Source: Phycisphaerae bacterium (GTDB lineage: Bacteria > Planctomycetota > Phycisphaerae > SM23-33). From it: a DNA stretch of 64,000 bases. How positions within the stretch are numbered: the first letter of the stretch is position 1; each line of letters starts with the position of its first letter. The notes beneath the pieces were generated by a model that worked only from the letters and a program-made list of their open reading frames with translations, had not been told where the DNA came from and did no database searches. Shown here in pieces: positions 52,559 through 62,505 of the stretch. The DNA lies in NCBI GenBank assembly GCA_049975485.1, contig JBNGDC010000001.1, forward strand, positions 144,996 through 208,995, given 5' to 3'. The position numbers and the translations under genes were made by a program.

Positions 52559-53350
52559 TTACCAGAAGAAACGGGCCCCGCGATGGGTAAAGCGGTGCTC
52601 CAGGTCTTCGGGCTCGGTCCAGATGACCCCGCCGGTGATCAGTCCCACGTGTGAGCCGGTAGGCCAGAGCCGGTCGTAAAGGTGATTGGCGCCCCAGCGG
52701 TCGGCGTCCCAGGTGGTAATCCAGTTGCCGTCGCCGAGCTGACGGTTCATGTCCGTCCAGAGGAAATCGTAATAGCTGTCGTCGTACAGGTTCACAGGGA
52801 ACAGCGGCTTGCCGGTGTTCGGGGGGTCGAACATCCAGTTCTTCAGGTCGTGCTGGAGCCGTGGATCTCCACCCCAGCAGAAATACCCGATTACGGTGGA
52901 CCATCCCTCGGAATCGTTTTCCGGTTCCCAGAAGTCGTCCCGATTCCATGCCGGGTTCGTGGGCGAGTAGAACATCTTCCGCTGGACGTTGTAGTTCTCG
53001 ATCATCAGGTCGCGGTAGTACGTGCTGATCCAGTAAACGACCTGGTGTTCATTGACGTCCACTTCCGGATTATGCGACATCTGCGGCAGACGGCCGTCGT
53101 GGCTGTCGGCATACATGTGAAAGGCCGTCACCAGGTTCCTGATGTTGGTGGCGCAGATGGTCTCCCGGGCGATTCGCTTGGCCTGTCCCAGAGCGGGCAT
53201 GAGTATGCTCATCAACAGCGCGATAATGGCTATGACGACCAGAAGCTCGATAAGCGTAAAGGCCCCGGCCATCCGTCTTCTCCGGAGGGCATTTCCCGGC
53301 TTCGCGGCGGCTGTATGGCTACGCACGTTGGATGACTGATAATCTGACAT
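52559..53350 (-). CDS. prepilin-type N-terminal cleavage/methylation domain protein (DUF1559-like pseudopilin)
   Basis: GAFTLIELLVVIAIIALLMSILMPAL is a class III signal. The C-terminal HVGLITGGVIW resembles the DUF1559 terminal motif. The leader may start at an internal Met (MAGAF). Confidence 0.7.
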   Translation of the reverse strand: MSDYQSSNVRSHTAAAKPGNALRRRRMAGAFTLIELLVVIAIIALLMSILMPALGQAKRIARETICATNIRNLVTAFHMYADSHDGRLPQMSHNPEVDVNEHQVVYWISTYYRDLMIENYNVQRKMFYSPTNPAWNRDDFWEPENDSEGWSTVIGYFCWGGDPRLQHDLKNWMFDPPNTGKPLFPVNLYDDSYYDFLWTDMNRQLGDGNWITTWDADRWGANHLYDRLWPTGSHVGLITGGVIWTEPEDLEHRFTHRGARFFW

Positions 53351-53519
53351 GGTTGCCTCCGGAAAATCCTTGCACAGTCAGACAGACATGAGCTGCTGAA
53401 CCACAAAGTATATTCGCAGGAATCGACTCGTCATGCAAGCCGAAAAGTATATCTGAGGTGTGACTTTCCGACGCGTAAGAGTCGCCAGTGCCCGAAACGC
53501 GGGCCTTCGCCGGCAGGTG

Positions 53520-54641
53520 TCAGGACGCCTTGACGAAAGGCAGTTCGGCCACCTCACCCGGAATCAGGTCGTCCCTGGAGGGCAGGCATAGCTTCGTGCC
53601 GGCCTCGGCCGATTCAGGCGTTACGTATGCCAGAAGAAGCAGTTTTTCCAGGTTGGGGCTGTAAGTCCCACTCGTGACCGAGCCGGCGTGGTTGCCGTCC
53701 GCCCGCAGAACGGACGTACCCATCCGCGGTATCGCCGCCTCCGCCGGGCTTTCTGATGGAAGCTTGGCGGCTATGCCGACCAATTGCCTCTGAGAACCCT
53801 TGTCCCTCAGCTTGGCTACTGCCTCGGCCCCGAGGAAGTCCTTCCCGTCGTGCACCAGGTGCATCAGCCCGGCCATCGCCGGGTTGACCGTCTCGTCTAT
53901 CTCATGGCCGTAGGCGGGCAGACCGGCCTCAACCCGCAGTATCTCCCTGGCGGCCTCGCCGATCGGCGGTATGGCGCGCTCGCCGGCCTTGCGGGTAGCG
54001 AAGTCCCAGGCCCGTCCGGCGAACATGTTGGGCAGAATCACCTCGATACCCCAGCCGCCGGTGCAGCCGGTTCGCATAGCAATATAGCGTGCCAGCATCA
54101 GCGAGCCGACATACACCTGCCGGCGCGACATCTGCGACACCGGCTCGGGAAGTACCGCATCCAGCAGGGCGCCCGCCTCCGGACCTGCGACGGCAACCTG
54201 GCAGGTGATTTCCGTCTGGTCGTCAACGCGGGCGCCAAAATCCTCCGCGTGCGCGGTGAGGTGCTGGAGTATCTTTTCCCGGTTGCAGGGGCTTGTGGTC
54301 AGGACCCAGAAGCTCTCCAGCCGCAGCAGCATGCATATGTCCAGTATGCCGCCGCTTTCATCGCACAGCAGCGTAAGGGCGGCCGTGTTGTCCGGTTGCG
54401 TCTCAACGTCGTGTGTGCACAGGTGTGAGAGGAGGTCCACAGCCCCGTCACCTCTGATGCGGAGCCGCCCGATAGGGGTGACGTCGAACAGCCCGGCCCG
54501 GCGGCGGACCTCGGCGGCCTCCTCAAAAGCGCCGCGGAACGACAGCGGCACCTGCCAGCCGGCCAGCTCGCCCATACGGGCTTCCATCGCAACGTGCCTG
54601 TCGTGGAAGGGCGTCTTGCGGAGTTCCTGTTGGTCGGGCAT
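53520..54641 (-). CDS. gcvT: aminomethyltransferase, glycine cleavage system T protein family
   Basis: TPFHDRHVAMEARMGELAGWQVPLSF...RRRAGLFDVTPIGRLRIRG aligns to the GcvT N-terminus. 373 aa. Confidence 0.7.
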   Translation of the reverse strand: MPDQQELRKTPFHDRHVAMEARMGELAGWQVPLSFRGAFEEAAEVRRRAGLFDVTPIGRLRIRGDGAVDLLSHLCTHDVETQPDNTAALTLLCDESGGILDICMLLRLESFWVLTTSPCNREKILQHLTAHAEDFGARVDDQTEITCQVAVAGPEAGALLDAVLPEPVSQMSRRQVYVGSLMLARYIAMRTGCTGGWGIEVILPNMFAGRAWDFATRKAGERAIPPIGEAAREILRVEAGLPAYGHEIDETVNPAMAGLMHLVHDGKDFLGAEAVAKLRDKGSQRQLVGIAAKLPSESPAEAAIPRMGTSVLRADGNHAGSVTSGTYSPNLEKLLLLAYVTPESAEAGTKLCLPSRDDLIPGEVAELPFVKAS

Positions 54642-55043
54642 TGTGGCTCCCTCGGTCAGCGGGACACCTTTATCCTACAGCATAGCGCAACTGCCCGCCA
54701 CCGGTCAGAATGTCATTGCCGCGGGCTTTTGCAGCTCGTGCGTCTCTGCGAGGCCGTCCGGACCGTCCTGCGTAAGAGCTGATATTTAAAAGCTTAAAGT
54801 CAATAGAGATAAAAACTGTACTATTTTTGAAATTACTCCTTGAAAAGTGGTACCTCTTACGTACTATATAAGCACTGAGGCAAAGGGCCGCCGCTGAGGG
54901 CGGCCACTTTAAGGGCTTGCAATAATAAAAGGCGTACGTGTTTTGCACGAACTCCCAGGCAGAACGATGGGCTGCCGGATGGATCGGCCAGGGCGCTTGG
55001 GAGGCCAACACGGTGTCTGGATGTACAGAGAAGGGAGACGACG

Positions 55044-55982
55044 ATGACCACCGCAACGGCTCACAGACGGCGGAATGCTTCACAAGCCGACATGGCGGAC
55101 GGAGAACTGACCGCCCGGGAATGGGATATCTACGGCCGTATTCCGGAGGAAGTGGATTACGTTGATAACCCCATGTTCCGGAAGCCGGACGCCGAGGAGC
55201 GTCTCTTTGGCGACGAATCGATGGACATCGACGTGCCCGCCTGGACGTACTTCCCGGAGATAGACGACGAACCGCAACCGATGCGGGCCAAGCGACGCAA
55301 GCTCACACGCCAGGAAGAGGCGGAGCTGTTTCTCCGCTACAACTACGCGTGCTACCGCCTCAGCCGCCTGATCGAGGCCCAGCGCCGCCGGTTCTCGCAG
55401 CACCGCGCCAAGGAGATGGTCCGCTGGTACTGCCACGTCAAGAGCACGCAGTCGGAGCTGGTGCGGGCGAACCTTCCGCTGGTGATATCGATGGCCAAGC
55501 GGACAAAGGTGGCGAACGTTGACTTTGGCGAGATGGTCTCGGAGGGGAACATGGCCCTGCTGCGGGCGGTCGAGAAGTTCGACGTGTCCCGCGGGTTCAA
55601 GTTCTCAACCTACGCCTGCCGGGCCATCCTGAAGAGTCTGAACCGACTGGCCACCAAGACGGGACGCTACCGCGAGCGTTTTCCCGCGGAGTATGACCCG
55701 TCGATGGAGCGCAGCGACTACGACATCAAGAAGCACCAGATGCAGCGGGACGACGCTGTGGACGCCTTGCGGGACCTGTTGGCCCGCAATCTGGCGCGGC
55801 TCAGCACCGTGGAACAGACGGTCCTGAGCGAGCGTTTCGCTCTCGGCGCCGGCGGCAAGGGCCGGACCCTCGCCCAGGTCGGCAAGACCGTTGGTCTGAC
55901 GACCGAGCGTGTCCGGCAGATACAGAACGCCGCGGTCCAGAAGGTCCGTGCGGCGATGGACAAGGAATATTTCTCCGGCTGA
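55044..55982 (+). CDS. RNA polymerase sigma factor, sigma-70 family (compact, group-3-like)
   Basis: Region 2 (LISMAKRT...FSTYACRAILKSL) and region 4 HTH (TLAQVGKTVGLTTERVRQIQNAAVQKVR). AAGGGAG RBS. It is a paralog of 62506-63438. Confidence 0.75.
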   Translation: MTTATAHRRRNASQADMADGELTAREWDIYGRIPEEVDYVDNPMFRKPDAEERLFGDESMDIDVPAWTYFPEIDDEPQPMRAKRRKLTRQEEAELFLRYNYACYRLSRLIEAQRRRFSQHRAKEMVRWYCHVKSTQSELVRANLPLVISMAKRTKVANVDFGEMVSEGNMALLRAVEKFDVSRGFKFSTYACRAILKSLNRLATKTGRYRERFPAEYDPSMERSDYDIKKHQMQRDDAVDALRDLLARNLARLSTVEQTVLSERFALGAGGKGRTLAQVGKTVGLTTERVRQIQNAAVQKVRAAMDKEYFSG

Positions 55983-56018
55983 GGCCGGTGTGAACGATCT
56001 TGCTCGAGGCCCATGGAA

Positions 56019-56047
56019 AGGCCCGCGTGGCTCGCGTGGGCCTTTCT
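56019..56047 (+). terminator. candidate terminator after the sigma factor gene
   Basis: AAAGGCCCGCG-TGGCTCG-CGTGGGCCTTT (one G-U pair) followed by a weak TTTCTC. Confidence 0.4.
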
Positions 56048-56124
56048 CGCGCGCAGGGGGGCGGTTGGCATGGAGGCGCCGGGACGCTATACTGCACACC
56101 CCAACGGTGCAGACCGTGGAATAA

Positions 56125-56198
56125 GGGCGCGTAGCTCAGATGGCCAGAGCGCATCCCTTACAAGGATGAAGTCGCAGGTTCGAGCCCTGCCGCGCCCA
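56125..56198 (+). tRNA. tRNA-Val (anticodon UAC)
   Basis: Acceptor stem GGGCGCG/CGCGCCC, D arm GCTC..GAGC, anticodon stem CATCC/GGATG with loop CTTACAA, T arm GCAGG-TTCGAGC-CCTGC, and discriminator A. CCA is not encoded. Confidence 0.9.
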
Positions 56199-56331
56199 GT
56201 TTTGCAGTTTCCGCGGGTACGTCTGGAGCGGAGTTCGCCGTAAGCGGGCTGAATCGCTGCTTATGAAGGTCGGGGTTGGAATCGGTCATTACGTGGGAAG
56301 GGACGGTACCGTGACGATTGGAAGCAGGGGT

Positions 56332-57663
56332 ATGCTCGTGGTTTGCGTGTTGGCGACATTTGCCTCGGCGGGGGCGTTGCATGCACAGCAGTCAGATGGT
56401 GGCGACACGCCCCAAAGGGTATATGCCAAACCGTTCGCGCCCGATTGGCAGGGCGACGACCCGGCCGCATACGCCCAGCTTGAGCTGCGGAAGCTGTCCA
56501 TGAAGCAGGACCTTCCGGCGGCCCAGGAGGCGCTGCAGGACAGTGTTGATGAGCTGGCAACCCAGGAGCTCCCGACTGAGCAGCATGTGCAGGCGGTTGT
56601 CGAGCACGCCGAACGGGTGGCCGAGCTTAAGCGGGACATCCACCGGCTCACAGAGCAAATGGCGGCGATTGATCATGCCAACCTGCGTCCTCTCCGGTAC
56701 GTCCCCTGCGACATGAATCTGGCCGTCTGGCGTCGGCCGGCTCAGTTCATCAATTCCGAATGGTCGGACAGGTACCCCAACGCCGAATTCGCCGAGTTCT
56801 CCAGGCCGTCCGGCGAAGCGGGAACCGTGCATCCGTCCGCCTGGGTGGCATACTTTTCCTACGGCGGCCGGAGGATCGCACTTGCCGTGGACTCCGAGAA
56901 CGCCGAGTCCGATGTGCTTACCGGCGTACGTCTGGACATGAGCGGCCGGGGAGACTTCAGCGATCTGCCCCTGCTGCCGTTCCGGGATGATGACGCGGGT
57001 CGGTTCGGGCCTGCCGTGACCATGATGGAGATCGACGGGGAGCTTGTTCCCTTCCTCGCCTGGGGTGGTCCGTCATACAGCGGCCGGGACCCGTTCGCCA
57101 TCAGATTCGACGGCTACCTGGCCGCCGAGGGACTCGTCGAGATCGCCGGCAAGGAATGCCCGGTCCGCATAATCGACAGCAGCAGGAACTGGAAGCTCGG
57201 CGACAGGCCCCAGCCGGAATGGGACTTCCAGCCATACTTCAGCGGCGACTCGCTGGCGATTGAGACCGGCGACGGGCACTTCGAGAACCCGGAGACGGTC
57301 CTGGAGATCTGGTACGGCCAGCCCGTGGAAATGGACGGCCGACTTTACGACATCCGCCTGAGAGAAGACGGCAAAGAGCTTCGTGCCCGTGAACTGCCGG
57401 CGGACAGCGTGGGGACGGTCCGCGTCGCCGGCGCGACGAGCTTCTGGGGCATACTAATCAGCAAGGATTATGTTCTTAACATCAGCAGCGGCGATGACGC
57501 GGCCGCGATGGTTCCGGCGGGGGAGTACATAGTCGTGGCTGTAGGCGCAACTACCTCCGAAGGCGAATCGTCGATGAAGATGCAGACCGGGAGCGAGCCG
57601 GAGACCATCGTCGTCCCGTCGGCAGGCACGTTCGAACTGGAACCGCCGCCGCAGCAGCAGTGA
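56332..57663 (+). CDS. secreted protein, function unknown
   Basis: Signal peptide MLVVCVLATFASAGALHA. 443 aa with no family assigned. The track ORF start at 56263 overlaps the tRNA flank and is rejected. Confidence 0.4.
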   Translation: MLVVCVLATFASAGALHAQQSDGGDTPQRVYAKPFAPDWQGDDPAAYAQLELRKLSMKQDLPAAQEALQDSVDELATQELPTEQHVQAVVEHAERVAELKRDIHRLTEQMAAIDHANLRPLRYVPCDMNLAVWRRPAQFINSEWSDRYPNAEFAEFSRPSGEAGTVHPSAWVAYFSYGGRRIALAVDSENAESDVLTGVRLDMSGRGDFSDLPLLPFRDDDAGRFGPAVTMMEIDGELVPFLAWGGPSYSGRDPFAIRFDGYLAAEGLVEIAGKECPVRIIDSSRNWKLGDRPQPEWDFQPYFSGDSLAIETGDGHFENPETVLEIWYGQPVEMDGRLYDIRLREDGKELRARELPADSVGTVRVAGATSFWGILISKDYVLNISSGDDAAAMVPAGEYIVVAVGATTSEGESSMKMQTGSEPETIVVPSAGTFELEPPPQQQ

Positions 57664-57730
57664 AAGCGTAGCCACGGCGACCGGGCCTGTCGGACGCTCA
57701 ACCGCCGCGCCGCACGGCGCTACGCCGCTG

Positions 57731-58735
57731 TTACGAGACGCCGCGCAGTCGTCCGACCTCCTGGAGGCACTGGACGTCCACGTCCCGCAGCAGACCGCGC
57801 GTGTCCGGAGGCGCGTTGACGACGAAGTTCGCGCCACGGTCGTTGGCCTGGGCGATCATGTCCACCACCCACTGCGGGTCCTGACAGGTATCGTCGTCTT
57901 CGTGGTAGAACCACTTGCCGCCGGCGAACTGGCCCTTGCCGGTTCCGCGGCTGAGCGTGTAGCAGCACTCGCCGGGGAGGTAGTCGCCGATGCCGCCGCA
58001 GTAGTAGATCTTCTTGTCGTCCTCGGACGGCAGTCCCTTCTCGAAGATGCGGAAATCGGACGGGTACATGATTATCTCGCCGCGCCGGGCGCCGGTGCCG
58101 TTGTCGGAGACCAGGCAGTCCGGCTGGATCGTCCGTACGTGCTCGTAAATCTCCCGCCAGTACCAGCGGCCGGGGTCCTGGTAGTCCACGCCGCCTTTCT
58201 TCCAGCCGCCGTCGAACCACAGCTCGACTATCTCGCCGTAGCCGGTCAGCAGCTCGGCGAGCTGGCGCTTCATGTAGATGGCGTAGCCGTGGTCGTTTTC
58301 GTAGCTCGGCTCGTGGCGGTCCCAGAGCGAGTAGTAAAGCCCCAGCTTAAGCCCGTGTCGGCGGCACGCATCGGCCGCCAGAGCTACCACGTCCTGTCCG
58401 CCCGGCGAGGCGGCGACGGAGTAGTCCGTCCACCGGCTCGGCCAGAGGCAGAATCCGTCGTGGTGCTTGGTTACCAGCAACAGGTACCCTGCGCCGGCTG
58501 CCTTTGCGGCGCGGCACCACTGGTCGCAGTCCAGCTCGGACGGCGCAAAACTCTCGGCCGGCAGCGTCCCGTCGGACCACTCGGCATCGTTGAACGTGTT
58601 CACGCCGAAGTGGAGGAACACGCCGAATTTAAGCTCCAGCCAGGCCTTCTGGGCGTCGGTGGGGACTACCTCGGCCTTGCCTGTCTGTTGGGCACGTCGG
58701 ACTTCCTGCTCATTACGGTACGGGTCGAATGACAT
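57731..58735 (-). CDS. alpha-L-fucosidase (GH29)
   Basis: LLLVTKHHDGFCLWPS is the GH29 signature, with LWFDGGW and YYSLWD. The start is at 58735 (AAGGAAAG RBS). No signal peptide. Confidence 0.8.
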   Translation of the reverse strand: MSFDPYRNEQEVRRAQQTGKAEVVPTDAQKAWLELKFGVFLHFGVNTFNDAEWSDGTLPAESFAPSELDCDQWCRAAKAAGAGYLLLVTKHHDGFCLWPSRWTDYSVAASPGGQDVVALAADACRRHGLKLGLYYSLWDRHEPSYENDHGYAIYMKRQLAELLTGYGEIVELWFDGGWKKGGVDYQDPGRWYWREIYEHVRTIQPDCLVSDNGTGARRGEIIMYPSDFRIFEKGLPSEDDKKIYYCGGIGDYLPGECCYTLSRGTGKGQFAGGKWFYHEDDDTCQDPQWVVDMIAQANDRGANFVVNAPPDTRGLLRDVDVQCLQEVGRLRGVS

Positions 58736-58835
58736 CTGCTTTCCTTTCGCACTTGAGCGTGCAGGTATGCGCCACCGGCGACTGGCAGTCAAGAGCGCTG
58801 GGTGAAACTTGGCTGTGAGCGGCTGCAGAGGTAAA

Positions 58836-61142
58836 ATGACGACATTGCCGCTTGGCCGCTTAGGAAGGCGCCGCATGTATGTACGGAAGCCCATAAGCAT
58901 AGCAGTGATAGTCGGTCTATGGGCGATAGCCGCCGCGGTGCTGTATATCGCCGAGCAGACGAACTATCTGCTATACCACGCGCTGGCGGAGCTGTTCAGC
59001 ATAGCGGTGGCGGGAAGCATATTCCTGATCGTCTGGAATGCCCGCCGGTTCATCGATTCCGGATACATGCTGCTGGTGGGGGTGGCGTACCTGTTCGTTG
59101 CGGGAATGGATTTGCTGCATACCCTTTCCTACAAGGGGATGGGCATCTTCGAGGGGTACGGGGTGAACCTGGCGTCGCAACTCTGGATTTCGGCACGGTA
59201 CATGGAGGCGGGTTCGCTCCTGCTGGCATTCCTGTTCGTACGACGCAAGTTCAATATCGTACCCGCTATCGCCGCCTATGGGGCAGTGTTCCTGCTGGTA
59301 ATGCTGAGCATCTTCGTCTGGGACATTTTCCCGCTCTGCTACGATGACGCGGCCGGTGCACAGACTCCCTTCAAGATAATCAGCGAGTATGCCATCGCCG
59401 GAATGTGCGTGGTGGCGGCCTTGTTGCTTCATCGCTTCCGCCGCCATTTCAGCAGGTCGGTGCTCTGGCTGCTGACGGCGTCGCTGTTGATAACGGCAGT
59501 TTCGGAAGTGGCTTTTACGCTTTACAGGGATCCATTCGGTCCCGCCAACCTGGTCGGGCATCTGCTGAAGATACTATCGTTCTATCTTGTTTACCGTGCC
59601 CTGGTGAGCACCGCGCTGGTGGACCCGTACGGTTCGCTTTGGCGGAACCTCAAGAAGAGCGAACAGGCACTTCAGCGTGCCCGTGACAGTCTCGAGATAC
59701 GGGTCCGTGAACGGACGACCGACCTGGAGCGGACGGTCGATGCGCTTCAGGGCGAGATCGCCGAACGCAGGGAAGCCGAACAGAACCTCGAAAATGCGAG
59801 GGTATATGCCGAGAGCATCGTCAAGACGGTGCATGAGCCGCTGTTGGTCATGGACGCCGAGCTGCGGGTGCAATCCTGCAACCCGGCATTCTACGACCTG
59901 TTCCGCACAAGCCCGTCAGAGACCGAAGGCAGAGGATTGTACGAGCTGGGCGCGGGGCAATGGGACATACCCCCCTTGCACGACCGGCTCAAGGAGGTTG
60001 TCTTCCGCGGTACACCCCTGAACGATTTCGAGGTCCACCACGAACTGCCCGGCATCGGGCAACGGATAATGCTGCTCAATGCCCGGCGCATAGACTGCGG
60101 CGAGGGGCACGCGCCGCTGATTCTGCTGGCTGTTCGGGATATTACCGAGCAACGCCGTGCCCAGGAGGCCGCCCGGGCGGAGAGGCATCGGCTGTTCTCG
60201 TTGCTGAACGTCCTGCCCGGCTACGTGGCGCTGAAAAGCCGGGACTACCGCATACGCTTCGCCAACCGCACATTCATAGACACGTTCGGTCGGCCGGGCG
60301 ATACGCCCTGTTACAAGCTTCAGTTCGGCAGAAACACCCCCTGCGAGGACTGCGGGCTGCCCGAGGTGCTGGCCAGACAGGAACTGGACGACTGGGAGCG
60401 CACCTATCCGGACGGGCAGTGCTGGCACGTCTGGGTATATCCGTTTACGGACACCGACGGGACTGAGCTGATGTTGGAGTTGGGCATCAACGTAACCGAG
60501 CGTCGCCGACTGGAAGCGGAAGTAGTCGAGACAAGCGAGATGCAGCGCCGCCGTATCGGCCGCGACCTGCATGATTCATTGGGCCAGAATCTCACAGGGC
60601 TGGGATACCTCTTCCAGAGCGTGGCCGGCAAGCTGAGCAACCGGTCCGACAGCGACGCCAGGGTCGTGCGTCAGATAGGCGACCTGATCAACAAGTGCGT
60701 CGCCCAGGTTCGCGCGCTTGCCCATGGTCTGGATCCGGTCGGTCTGCACGAGGACGGCATAGCGGCCGGTCTGCGGGAGCTGGCAAGCAACGTCGAGTCC
60801 TACTTCGGTGTTCCCTGTAAACTCCATTGCGACGGAGCCATTCAGGTCTCGGGTGATCTGCAGGCGACGCAGATATATCACATTGCCCGGGAGGCCGTTA
60901 ACAACGCCGCAAAGCACGCCGGGGCCTCGAAGATAGACGTTTATCTCGAGGACGGAGGCGACGAGGTGGTTGTAAGGGTTATCGACGACGGGAAAGGCAT
61001 CCCCGACGATGCCCGCAAAGGTGACGGCATGGGGTTGCGGGTCATGACGCATCGTGCCGCGTCCATTGGAGCGACACTGACCATCGCCCAACGCAACGGC
61101 GGCGGGACCGCCGTGACCTGCACACTTCCCAAGTACCGCTGA
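58836..61142 (+). CDS. sensor histidine kinase (multi-TM N-domain, two PAS-like domains, HisKA_3 plus HATPase)
   Basis: About 7 TM helices (aa 15-260), then PAS regions, the H-box RIGRDLHDSLGQNLTGL (NarX/HisKA_3 type), and the ATPase NNAAKHA...DDGKGIP...GMGLRVM. AGAGG RBS before ATG 58836. Confidence 0.8.
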   Translation: MTTLPLGRLGRRRMYVRKPISIAVIVGLWAIAAAVLYIAEQTNYLLYHALAELFSIAVAGSIFLIVWNARRFIDSGYMLLVGVAYLFVAGMDLLHTLSYKGMGIFEGYGVNLASQLWISARYMEAGSLLLAFLFVRRKFNIVPAIAAYGAVFLLVMLSIFVWDIFPLCYDDAAGAQTPFKIISEYAIAGMCVVAALLLHRFRRHFSRSVLWLLTASLLITAVSEVAFTLYRDPFGPANLVGHLLKILSFYLVYRALVSTALVDPYGSLWRNLKKSEQALQRARDSLEIRVRERTTDLERTVDALQGEIAERREAEQNLENARVYAESIVKTVHEPLLVMDAELRVQSCNPAFYDLFRTSPSETEGRGLYELGAGQWDIPPLHDRLKEVVFRGTPLNDFEVHHELPGIGQRIMLLNARRIDCGEGHAPLILLAVRDITEQRRAQEAARAERHRLFSLLNVLPGYVALKSRDYRIRFANRTFIDTFGRPGDTPCYKLQFGRNTPCEDCGLPEVLARQELDDWERTYPDGQCWHVWVYPFTDTDGTELMLELGINVTERRRLEAEVVETSEMQRRRIGRDLHDSLGQNLTGLGYLFQSVAGKLSNRSDSDARVVRQIGDLINKCVAQVRALAHGLDPVGLHEDGIAAGLRELASNVESYFGVPCKLHCDGAIQVSGDLQATQIYHIAREAVNNAAKHAGASKIDVYLEDGGDEVVVRVIDDGKGIPDDARKGDGMGLRVMTHRAASIGATLTIAQRNGGGTAVTCTLPKYR

Positions 61143-61164
61143 TTGAGGTTACCATATCGACACC

Positions 61165-61842
61165 ATGGCCAGGGAAGACCACAAGAAAGGGGTGACCAGG
61201 GTCGTCATAGTTGACGACCATCCCATCGTGCGCCAGGGCATCAAGATGCTCGCCGACCAGGAGCCGGACATGGAGGTCTGCGGAGAGGCCGAAGATGCGG
61301 CCGACGCACTGCGGGTTATCGAGCGCACAAACCCGGATGTGGCGATCGTGGATCTGACTCTCAAGGACAGCTTCGGGCTTCAGCTCATCAAGGATATCCG
61401 CAGGGACTGCCCGCGGACGCGTGTGCTCGTACTGTCTATGCGGGATGAATCGCTCTACGCCGAGCGCGCCCTTCGCGCCGGGGCGCGGGGGTACATTACC
61501 AAGGAGGAAGGGCCTGCCAAGGTGATTGAGGGTATTCGCAGAGTCCTGGCCGGGGAGGTGTACGTCAGCGCGAAAATGGCGTCGAAAGTGCTCAGCAGGT
61601 TCGCCGAAGGCGGCGAACCGGGGCAGTCGCCGGTGGAGACGCTTACCGACCGCGAGATGGAAGTGTTTCGCATGATAGGTCAGGGACTGCCCGCGCGGGA
61701 GATCGCCGAGAAGCTGCATGTCAGTGTGAAGACGGTTGACTCCCATCGCGAGCATATCAAGGAGAAGCTGGGGGTCGGAAGTGCGTCCGAGCTTCTGCGG
61801 CACGCTGTGCAGTGGTTCCAGGGGGCAGAGCCACAGCAGTAA
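61165..61842 (+). CDS. NarL/FixJ (LuxR) family response regulator
   Basis: Receiver (VVIVDDHPIVRQGI...VAIVDLTLKD) plus a LuxR HTH (LTDREMEVFRMIGQGLPAREIAEKLHVSVKTVDSHR). It is cognate to the upstream kinase. Confidence 0.85.
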   Translation: MAREDHKKGVTRVVIVDDHPIVRQGIKMLADQEPDMEVCGEAEDAADALRVIERTNPDVAIVDLTLKDSFGLQLIKDIRRDCPRTRVLVLSMRDESLYAERALRAGARGYITKEEGPAKVIEGIRRVLAGEVYVSAKMASKVLSRFAEGGEPGQSPVETLTDREMEVFRMIGQGLPAREIAEKLHVSVKTVDSHREHIKEKLGVGSASELLRHAVQWFQGAEPQQ

Positions 61843-62267
61843 CGCAACCTCCCTTCACGTTGTGCAGTTCGCCCAGATTGCCCAAGTCCACGCGCGAGTT
61901 CCGGCCGCGCTTCGTCGTCCTTGACAGGCGAAAGTGGAGTGTTATCCACAACATCGACCTGGGCATAGGTGGTGCGAACAGGGCGTTATTTCAACGCAAT
62001 CATGCCTTTCACGCTGAATCAGCTCCGCAGGTTTGCACAACACACTCCGCGCCGGCATAGGTGAAACCCCCAGGGGGCTGTAGGGGATATTCCTAAGCGT
62101 AAAAGCAGTACGCACCCCGATTTACAACGCATCGACTCCTCTTGAGAATGTCAGGCAGTTGATGAGGGAGGCATGGCGGAGTCGCTCACCGCCGTTTGCG
62201 GCATGTCGGTTGGATGTTTTGAGAACGCTCACCCGGCCGGCATGCGGAAGTTTGCAGGAGGTCGAAA

Positions 62268-62480
62268 GTGAAGGTCGCAATCAGGATCAATGAGACGCAC
62301 GAGGGCTTTCAAGCTTCCTGCCCCGCGCTGCCGGGCTGTGTCGAGTACGGCCGGACGCGAGAGGAAGCGATCGAACGCATTGCACAAGCAGTAAACGGCT
62401 ACTTTGCGAGCATGAACTCGCAGCAGCCGGTCAAAATCATCTCGGCTGACAAACAGGAAGTTTTCGCGCAAAGCTCATAG
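62268..62480 (+). CDS. orphan HicB-like / UPF0150 family protein
   Basis: MKVAIRINETHEGFQASCPALPGCVEYGRTREEAIERIAQAV. There is no hicA partner within 200 bp. It lies directly upstream of the second sigma factor gene. Confidence 0.55.
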   Translation: MKVAIRINETHEGFQASCPALPGCVEYGRTREEAIERIAQAVNGYFASMNSQQPVKIISADKQEVFAQSS

Positions 62481-62505
62481 CAGTGCTGAAGGGAGGCACA
62501 CGAAC

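Noticed and set aside
56013-56243. 76-aa plus-strand ORF
   Set aside because: It overlaps the tRNA-Val gene and the sigma terminator, and gives an Ala/Arg-rich nonsense translation.
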